DNA from: an uncultured Actinomycetota bacterium
GTDB lineage: Bacteria; Actinomycetota; Thermoleophilia; RBG-16-64-13
DNA: 64,000 nucleotides
Assembly (NCBI GenBank): GCA_963777945.1
Contig: CAVZSN010000010.1
Location: 194,815-258,814 of the forward strand
Reading direction: 5' to 3'
Position numbers and translations under genes: made by a program. The notes beneath the pieces were generated by a model, which was given only the letters and a program-made list of their open reading frames with translations, was not told where the DNA came from and made no database searches. Below, one piece after another: positions 56,028-64,000 of this stretch (its first letter is position 1; every line of letters starts with the position of its first letter).

Positions 56028-57728
56028 GTGACGCTCTCCGACATGGAGGTGTTCATCTTCCCCGAGTTGATGTACAGCCTGGTGCTGGCCAACATCATGT
56101 CGCCGCGCATCTGGAAGTGGCGCGACGACCCCTGGTTCGACGGCATCGAGACGATGACGCCCTACCGGCGCATCACCCGGCTCAAGCAGTACATCATGGA
56201 CCACTACGCCTTCAACCTGGACCTCGACACCTGGGGCCTCACCACCAAGCAGACCGAGATCGCCCGCTTCAAGGACTACGTGGGCGAGGAGGCGCTCGGC
56301 CCAGTCGAACGCGCTCTTCGGCTACGAAGGCGACAAGTACTACTTCGACATCGATATCCGCACCCACTTCGGCCTCGACAAGTACGAGGGCGACATCATC
56401 CCCTACTGGAAGACGGAGACCGTCGAGGCCATGGACGCCTTCCGCCACAAGCCGGACTACCCGGCCGGCGCCGGCGAATGCGTCTCCCTGGCGGCTCTCT
56501 ATGCCGCGGCCCTGTTCGTCGTGGGGAGGGTCCCGCTGCGCGACATCTTCCTCATGGCCACGCCGCTGCACTCCCAGAACTTCGTCGATACCGGCCACGG
56601 CATCCTCACGAACAACCGGCGACTGGTGACCAAGAACATGTGGTTCAACGGCACCGCCCTCTCGGCACAGGCGCGCCGGGCGCTCGAGAACGAGCGGGTC
56701 ACCGTGGTGGCGCACGAGACCGGCTGGATCCACATCCTGTTCCCCGAGGCCACGATCGACCCCGAGGCGTACGGCCGCTTCTCCGGCAAGTTGCGCCGCT
56801 TCCTCCAGACACCGCTCACCCCGGAGTTGCTGGGCAACTTCGTTCGCCACAGCCTCGGCCCTGCAGGGGTGCTTCCAGTCACGCTGGCGCAACTTCGGCG
56901 TGGACCACTACATCGCCATGGAGAAGCTGCTCGCCTACGAGCGGGACTGTCCCTTCCGCTTCAACGACGACACCCGCGAACGCCTGCTGATGGAGGTGGC
57001 CGGCGAGGACTTCGATTCCCGACCGCTGCCCGATCGCATCGTCATCGACGATCTCGAGCAGCTCGTGCGCGAGCATCGGGTGGACATCCGCACGCCCCAG
57101 GGCTTCGCCCTTCTCGTCGACCAGGTGGGGCGCTCCTGCCCCTCCGCCCAGGACGCCATCGAGCGACTCCGCACGTTCTGCTGGACCGAGCCGCGCCTCC
57201 CGGAAGCCGCGCACAAGACCTTCGACACGCGATCAGACCCCGCTCGATCTGCACGTCGGGATGGACCGGTCGCAGGTGATCGCGCGCCTCGAGGCCATCA
57301 GAGGACGTCAACGAGCTGGCGGAGTTGGCGTTCTACGCCTATCGCGATCTCAACCGCACCGAAGTGGAGCCCTTCCTCAGGCGGCCCTGCGAGCGCTGCC
57401 CGGTCTCCATCGCCGGAGCGGCGGACCTCGACCGAGGACGCCTTGATCCAGAAGGTCCAGGAGCTTGGTCGCGAGTCCATCTACGACGAGACCGGACGTC
57501 TGGCGCAACCCGACGAGGTGTGGAACTACGGCCGCGGAGACGGGGTCGAGAAGGCTCTTCTGCTGGCCAACATCATCCGCGCCCGAGACGCGAGCGGCGG
57601 CCGTCCGCATCGACGTGGCACCGGACGCAGCTGTGGCCCACCTGGGTCGGCGCACGGTGCAGGTTCGAGAGTTCGAAGAGCTTTGCGGTCCCAGACCTGG
57701 GAGTGGGGACCGTAGAACTGGTTGTTAG
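56028..57728 (+). pseudogene. large (~560 aa) hypothetical protein with a transglutaminase-like Cys core, multiple frameshifts; both ends approximate
   Basis: MEVFIFPELMYSLVLANIMSPRIWKWRDDPWF ..., PDYPAGAGECVSLAALYAAALFVVGRVPLRDIFLMATPLHSQNFVD ..., and a second degenerate copy, WNYGRGDGVEKALLLANIIRARD. Confidence 0.45.
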
Positions 57729-58066
57729 AGGCCGAGAGAGAGCCGCAGGGCTTCGTCTACCTGCGCCATCAGCGCGCGAGAGCATTCGGCCAGCGGAAAC
57801 GCGTCCACCCTGTCCAGGCTGATGGTGCGTACCTGCTCGCACAGGATGACGCCCGGCCTGCCCAACACCTCGGCCGGCAGCGGAACGTGGAACGGGAACA
57901 GCTGAGAGGGACTGATCGACGTAAGCGCGACGACGATGGTGGTGGCGCCGGCGCGGTTGCCCAGGTCGTTCTGCACCACGAGCACGGGACGCTTCTTGGG
58001 CTGGCCGGCGGAGTCCGACCCCAAGTCGGCGAGATAGATGCGTCCCCGCTTGATGGCCTCAGCCAT
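57725..58066 (-). CDS. mazF: type II toxin, MazF/PemK family endoribonuclease
   Basis: MAEAIKRGRIYLADLGSDSAGQPKKRPVLVVQNDLGNRAGATTIVVALTS ... GVILCEQVRTISLDRV ... MAQVDEALRLSLGL. Confidence 0.8.
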   Translation of the reverse strand: MAEAIKRGRIYLADLGSDSAGQPKKRPVLVVQNDLGNRAGATTIVVALTSISPSQLFPFHVPLPAEVLGRPGVILCEQVRTISLDRVDAFPLAECSRALMAQVDEALRLSLGL

Positions 58067-58273
58067 CACAGCGCCTTCCTCGGCCAGGATCCGGTCGATC
58101 TCTCGCATCTCCTCGTAGCCTTTGCGCATCAGCGCTTCCCTGTCCTGCACCTTGAGCGACCTCAAGGCCTCCAGCAGCACGTCAGTCTTGGTGGTGCCGC
58201 TGGCGCTGGCCCGGTCGTTGATGTACTGGAGGGCCCACTCCGGCAGCCGGACGTTGAAGGGTTTGGTGCTCAT
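58059..58273 (-). pseudogene. RHH (CopG/MazE-like) antitoxin, read through in-frame into mazF as written
   Basis: MSTKPFNVRLPEWALQYINDRASASGTTKTDVLLEALRSL ... KGYEEMREIDRILAEE. An alternative frame gives a TGA at 58059-58061, 4 nt after the mazF ATG (typical overlap). Confidence 0.6.
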
Positions 58274-58334
58274 CACAACAGCATTGTAGGAGGCAGGCGA
58301 CACATTGTAAAGCGGCTATGTATGTACGCGTCGG

Positions 58335-59698
58335 GCGCAGCGCCTCTAGCGCCAGAGCGCCGCGCACCACCTGGGCCACATCTTCGGCCCACGTTACTGT
58401 GATCTCGACCGTAGGACCCTCCACCATGACCCGGCACAAAGATTCGGTCCCCGAGTAGCGCACGAGGATCCGGCCCTGCGTCCCCAGAGCGGCCTCAGCA
58501 GCCGCGATGGCTTCCTGGATCTCAGGCACCGTCTCCAACTCCGGTTTGCGGGCCACAGGGATGTTGATCAGCTTCTGCGGAAAGACGTCCATCAGCGCGC
58601 TCAGCTCGGAGAGCGCCTTCCCTTCCTTCAGCATGGCCGCGACCAGCTGCAGCGCGGTGAGGATGCCATCGCCGGTGGTGTGGTGCTCGCGGAAGATGAC
58701 GTGCCCGGAGTCCTCGCCGCCGAGGACTGCGCCCAGGGCGATCATGTCTTCGAGGACGTTGCGGTCGCCTACCTTGGCGGCGTGATGCCTGACCCCGTAG
58801 CGCTCGCAGGCCACCCGCAGGCCAAGGTTGCTCATCACCGTCGAGACCAACAGGTCCTGGCTCAGACGACCCTCGGCCTGCAGCATCCGCGCGCAGATCA
58901 ACAGGATCTGGTCGCCGGTTATCTCGGCGCCCTTCTCGTCGACCGCGATCAGCCGGTCGCCGTCGCCGTCGAAGGCCAGTCCGATGGCCGCGCCGGTCTC
59001 CCTGACCGTCCGCTGCAGATCCTGGGTGTGCTGCGAGCCGCAGCCGTCGTTGATGTTGAAGCCGTCGGGAGTGTTGTGGATCACGGTGACATCGGCGCCC
59101 AACTCGACGAACGCCGCCGGCGCGACCTTGTAGGTCGCCCCGTTGGCCACGTCCATAGCCACCTTGAGACCTTCCATCGAGAGTCCGCGCGGGAAGGTGT
59201 TCTTGAGGAAGACCACGTAGCGCCCAGGGCATCGTCAAGCCGCTTGGCCCGCCCCATGCCGCGTGGCGGCGGCACCATCTCCGGCAGGCTTGCCGCCGAG
59301 GACCAGCGCCTCGATCTCGGCCTCCTGCTCGTCGGAGAGCTTGTACCCGGTGCCGGAGAACACCTTGATGCCCGTTGTCGTGGTAGGGGTTGTGCGACGC
59401 GGAGATGACCACCCCCGCATCGGCACGCATGCTCTCGGTGAGATAGGCCATGGCCGGGCGTAGGCATGACTCCGACCAGGTAGGTCATGCCTCCCATGGA
59501 CGTGACCCCCGACTCGAGCGCACTCTCCAGCATGTAGCCGGAGATCGCGGGTGTCCTTGCCGATGATGACCCCGGAGCATGCCCGTTGCGCTTGAGGACC
59601 TGGGTTATCGCCTGCCCGACGGCGAAGGCGGTGCTGGCGTCCATGGGATAGCGATTTGCCTCGCCCCGGATGCCGTCGGTCCCGAACAATCTGCCCAT
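58335..59698 (-). pseudogene. glmM: phosphoglucosamine mutase, frameshifted; 3' end approximate
   Basis: MGRLFGTDGIRGEANRYPM ..., [15 protein letters not shown] (active-site Ser), [39 protein letters not shown]. Confidence 0.85.
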
Positions 59699-59710
59699 CT
59701 GAACGATCTC

Positions 59711-60938
59711 CTAACGCTTGCCACCGGGGGCAGAAGAGGCCCAGTGCGGGGAACAGCGCGCCGGCCCGCAGCACAGAGAGCATCGACGGTCTGCCTCAGC
59801 CAGTCTACCCCTTGCGCGGATAAGGCCGGCGTCAGGGACTTGATGCTGGCGACGTATCCCTCGTGCACGTCGACCGCCTGCCAGAGTGCTTCGAGAAACG
59901 CCTCGCCCGACGAGGCCGCTGGCTATCGTCGCCGAACACTCGGCGCAGCGCCGCCACATTACCCTGCAGCTCCCGCAGAGGCCCGATTGGCGGCCGGGAC
60001 CTTGGCGGCCATGGCCGTCAGCCGTTTGAGCCGCTCCTCGATCGCTCCCATCGAGGACCTCCAAGGCACCGGCATAGACGAGGCCTCCGAACTCCTGCGC
60101 GGCGAAGAAGGGCTCTCTGACGTTCGTGTACCACAGCCTCAGCGCAGCGAGGTTGGCCAGGTATACGATGTTGTTGCGGACCACTCGCGCCAGGTTGCCG
60201 TAGGTACGTGGGATGTACCTCCGCTTGGCCTCCCGGTGAGCTCCGACGACGACCAGACGCCCGTCCTCGAGGATATCCTCGCGCAGGATGCAGCCGGCCG
60301 CCACCACCGTGCCGAAGCCCACCCGCACCGGCCCCGCCGCCCCTCCCTGGCCCCCCAGGAAGATCGGAGGCTGGTCGAGCATCACCCCGCGGGGCACGTC
60401 GCCGAAGAGCGACGGCGTGCGTCTTGTCGCCGTCGGGAGTGTAGTTGAAGTGGATGTAGGAACTGCCCACCTCGCTGTGGTCCTCGCGACTGGTGCCGCC
60501 GGCCATGAGGCAGTCGCAGAAGTTGACGAGGCTGCCGAGCGTCACGAACGGCAGGAGGATGGTCTGCTTGAGGCCCACGCAGTGAGCCCCGCTCGCCTCC
60601 TCCTCCAGCAGGCAGCCCTCTCTCACGTGGGCTCCCAGTCCCATGCTCGCCTTCTCCAGGAACACGGACTGCCGAACGTAGCCCCCCTTGAGCTCCACGC
60701 GAGGCACCGAGACAGCAGTCCTCGACGGTCACCGGGCCTTCGGCTCCCAGCCGACCCCGGCCGAGATCACGGTCTTGGAGCCGTAGATCCTGCAGCCCGG
60801 ATAGATGACCACGTCGCGGCCCGATATGCGGTCGAGATCGACGTCGTCTCCGATGTCGACGGTGAAGGGGGCGGGGATCCGGACCCCCTTCTCCAGCAGC
60901 CGGACTACTTTGTCGTGTCCTCTCCCGTTCAAGTCCAT
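59711..60938 (-). pseudogene. left-handed beta-helix (hexapeptide-repeat) transferase-like protein, frameshifted
   Basis: VVIYPGCRIYGSKTVISAG ..., LEEEASGAHCVGLKQTILLPFVTLGSLVNFCDCLMAGGTS ... SSYIHFNYTPDGDK ..., PIFLGGQGGAAGPVRVGFGTVVAAGCILRED. Confidence 0.5.
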
Positions 60939-61119
60939 GCCGCCAAGGGTCGCCTAGGCCGCCGCCTTGTCAAGCCGCCGCCCTCATCCGGTCCTCTCCC
61001 CGACGAAGCAACGGCGCGGTGCCCCTCCGCCCCGGCGCGACGCCTCGCCGCTTCTGCAGATTCTTGTATAATCTCGGCGCTATACCCCACCCCGTACTTC
61101 GTGGCAGGAGGATCAGTAC

Positions 61120-61663
61120 ATGAAATGGACATGCTCTGTCTGCGGTTACGTCTTCGAGGGTGACGCGCCGCCCGAGAACTGCCCGGACTGCAAGGCCCCT
61201 GCGTCGATGTTCAAGGCTGCGACCGCGACCACGGTCAACTGGGCAGCCGAGCATGTGATCGGGATCGCCAAGGACGTCGACCCCGGGTCATCGAAGGCCT
61301 GCGCATGAACTTCAACGGGGAGTGCAGCGAGGTGGGCATGTATCTCGCCATGTCTCGCGCCGCGGACCGCCAGGGCTATCCCGAAGTCGCCGAGGCCTAC
61401 AAGCGCATCGCCTTCGAGGAAGCCGATCACGCGTCCCGGTTCGCTGAACTGCTGGGCGAGGTCGTCGTCCGCCGAGTCCAAGGCGAACCTGCACGGCCCG
61501 CGTAGACGCCGAGTACGGGGCCACCGCCGGCAAGGTCGAGCTCGCCAAGCTGGCCAAGGAACTGGGCTACGACGCCATCCACGACACCGTCCACGAGATG
61601 GCAAGAGACGAAGCCCGGCACGGCAAGGCCTTCAAGGGCCTCCTGGACCGCTACTTCGCCTGA
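61120..61663 (+). pseudogene. reverse rubrerythrin (N-terminal rubredoxin-like CxxC...CxxC plus ferritin-like diiron domain), frameshifted
   Basis: [27 protein letters not shown], then [16 protein letters not shown] ... [15 protein letters not shown] ..., [23 protein letters not shown]. Confidence 0.8.
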
Positions 61664-63851
61664 TCCTCCGTGCTGCCGCGTAGCGGCCACTAGCTGAAGC
61701 CCGCGAAGGCCTCGGTCGGTCGCTTAGACCGGCCAGGGCTTCTTCCGTCAGCTGGCAGACGGGTCGACCCTGCCGACCGCGCGCGTCACCAGTGGTCAGC
61801 GACGCCTCGTCGAGCGCCTCCGCGAACTGGCTGTTGTAGAGGTCGTAGTAGAAGCCGCCGGCGGCCAGAGCAGCTCGTGGTGCGTGCCCTGCTCGACGAT
61901 GCTGCCCTCGTTCATCACCAGGATGACGTCGGCGTCGCGGATGGTCGACAGCCGGTGAGCGATGACGAAGCTCGTGCGGCCCTTGCAGCAGCCGGGCCAT
62001 GGCCCGCTGGATGAGCACCTCGGTCCGGGTGTCGACCGAACTGGTGGCCTCGTCCAGGATCAGGATCTGCGGGATCGGCCAGGAACGCCCGGGCGATGGT
62101 GAGCAGCTGCCGCTCTCCCTGGGAGATGTTGGTGGAGTCGTCCTCCACCTTGGTGTCGTAGCCCTCGGGCAGGGTGCGCACGAAGTGGTCCACGTGCGCC
62201 GCCTCGGCAGCCGCCTGGATCTCCTCCTCGGTGGCGCCCTCCCGCCCGTAGGCGATGTTCTCGCGGATGGTCCCGCAGAACAGCCAGGCGTCCTGCAGCA
62301 CCATGCCGAAGAGCCGGCGCAGGTCGTCGCGGGTCATCTTGCGGGTGTCGACGCCGTCGATGGCGATGCTGCCCTCGTCGATCTCGTAGAAGCGCATGAG
62401 CAGGTTGACCAGCGTGGTCTTGCCCGCGCCGGTCGGGCCCGACGATGGCCACCGTCTGCCCGGCTTGGACCTCGAGGTTCAGATGCTCGATGAGCGGCGT
62501 GTCGGGCAGGTAGCGGAACGAGACGTCGTCGAAACGATGTGCCCTGTCGACCTCCTTGAGCACGACCGGCTGCGCCGGGCTCGGCCGACTCCTCCGCCTC
62601 GTCCAGCATCTCGAACACCCGCTCGGCCGAGGCCACGGCCGACTGCAGCACGTTGGCCACGCTCGCGATCTGGGCGATGGGCTGGCCGAACTGCTGGACG
62701 TACTGGATGAAGGCCTGCACGTCGCCCAGCGACATGGTGCCGCTGGCCACCCGCAGCCCGCCCAGACACGCGACCGCCACGTAGTTGCAGGTTCGACACG
62801 AACATCATGACCGGCATGATGATGCCCGAGATGAACTGGGCCTTGAAGCTCGCCTCGTAGAGCCCCTCGTTCTGCTCGTCGAAGACGCTCGATGGCCTCC
62901 TTCTGGCGACCGAAGATCTTGACGATGTTGTGGCCGGTGAACATCTCCTCCACGTGCCCGTTGAGATCGCCCGTGCGCTCCCACTGCAGCGCGAACTGCT
63001 TCTGCGAGCGCTTGGCGATGACCATGGCGAGGACCGACCGAGACCGGCACGCGTGACCAGCGAGATCACCGCCAGCAGCGGGCTGATCCAGAACATCATG
63101 GCCAGCACGCCCGATCAGCGTGAGAATGCGACGTGATGATCTGGGTGAGGATCTGCTGCATGGTCTGCTGGATGTTGTCGATGTCGTTGGTCAGCCGGCT
63201 GAGGATGTCGCCGCGGGCGATGACCGTCGAAGTACTTGAGCGGCAGCCGGGCGATCTTGAGGTCGACCTCGCGCCGCAGACGGTAGACGGTCTCGTGCAC
63301 GACTGCCGGCCATGAGGTAGCCCTGCAGCCAGCCGAAGAGCGCGCTGAGCAGGTAGATGGCCGTCACGATGAGGAGGACCCTGCCCACGGCCGCGAAGTC
63401 GACGCCCTGCCCGGGACGATATCGGTCATGCCCGCCAGCATCTTGGCCTGTTGTCCTCCCCAGCCGCCTCGCAGCTGCGCGACGACCTGCTCCTTGGTCA
63501 CTCCCGCCGGCGATGTCTGCTTGCTCGACCAGCGCCCCGCGAAGATGTGGTTGGTGGCCTCGCGCCAGGATCTTGGGAGCCGCGACTGGTGCAGGCGACG
63601 CTGACCACGGCCAGCAGCACGACCAGCACGATGAGCCTGCCGCTCCGGCCGCAAGCGTCCCCACGAGGCGCTTGAAGGAGCCCTTGAAGTTCTTGGCCTT
63701 CTCCCCGTGCCGATCAGCCCCGGGGGGCCGAAGCCGGGGCCGTGCTGTCTGCGGCGGCGCGCCGCGCCGCGGCGGCGCCGGCCTCGCCGTCGCCGGGCGC
63801 CGCTCGCGCGGTCGCCGCGCCGGGCTGCTCGTTGCGCTCGTCGGCGCTCAC
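61632..63851 (-). pseudogene. ABC exporter, fused permease/ATPase (MdlB/MsbA-like), heavily frameshifted; 3' end uncertain
   Basis: [23 protein letters not shown] (from fragments), [44 protein letters not shown] start overlaps the upstream stop (GTGA at 63848-63851). Confidence 0.8.
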
Positions 63852-64000
63852 GCCGCTTCCTCCGCCGACAGCTGCGAGTACACGATCTCCTGGTAGGTCT
63901 CGCAGGTCTCCATGAGCTCCTCGTGGTGCCCAGCCGCACGATGGTGCCCTCGTCGAGCACGACGATCTGATCGGCGTGCATGATGCGTGCTGACCCGCTG
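63848..64000 (-). pseudogene. C-terminal end of a second ABC exporter subunit (partial; continues beyond the right edge)
   Basis: IMHADQIVVLDEGTIV ... GHHEELMETCETYQEIVYSQLSAEEAA-stop, with one frame break. A tandem pair suggests a heterodimeric exporter. Confidence 0.7.

Noticed and set aside
61050-61119. A possible PerR/Fur-type operator around the TATAAT upstream of the rubrerythrin gene (AGATTCTTGTATAATCT).
   Set aside because: Only a 5-bp arm (AGATT/AATCT) is complementary. It does not approach the 7-1-7 TTATAATnATTATAA PerR box, so it is kept only as a probable -10 element.

Overview
High-GC (~68-70%) chromosomal segment. Its conserved backbone (tsaE-tsaB-rimI-tsaD-groES-groEL; argS ... 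lysA-hom-thrC ... rho; panC; glmM) matches Actinomycetota gene order. It also carries anaerobe-type stress genes (hcp, flavodiiron protein, reverse rubrerythrin) and several archaeal-type enzymes, so an anaerobic, possibly thermophilic, deep-branching actinobacterium is a reasonable guess (inference only). I read about 70 protein genes and one tRNA-Gly(CCC). I saw no rRNA, CRISPR array, transposase, integrase or prophage. About half the genes, including essential ones, can only be read by hopping between frames. These indels come in patches and are most simply assembly errors, so every pseudogene label below is conditional on that. Main leads: (1) a PHP phosphoesterase plus a 980-aa membrane Cache-PAS-PAS-CBS-DUF294 nucleotidyltransferase operon wedged between a SatP acetate channel (with an unusual C-terminal sensor-like extension) and DUF485-ActP, a candidate uncharacterised writer/eraser signalling module for acetate uptake. 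(2) A four-gene block (metallophosphoesterase, cyclic-2,3-diphosphoglycerate synthetase-like, 2-phosphoglycerate kinase-like, GlpX-like protein with degenerate metal ligands) sitting where thrB normally lies between thrC and rho. (3) A 432-nt non-coding gap beside tRNA-Gly with a promoter-plus-terminator-bounded candidate sRNA. (4) An unassigned organic-acid module (IPMDH-like, ICL/PrpB-like lyase, LeuCD-like, diiron protein). (5) A large transglutaminase-like protein after gabT. All family assignments come from motif recognition by eye, since no searches were possible.
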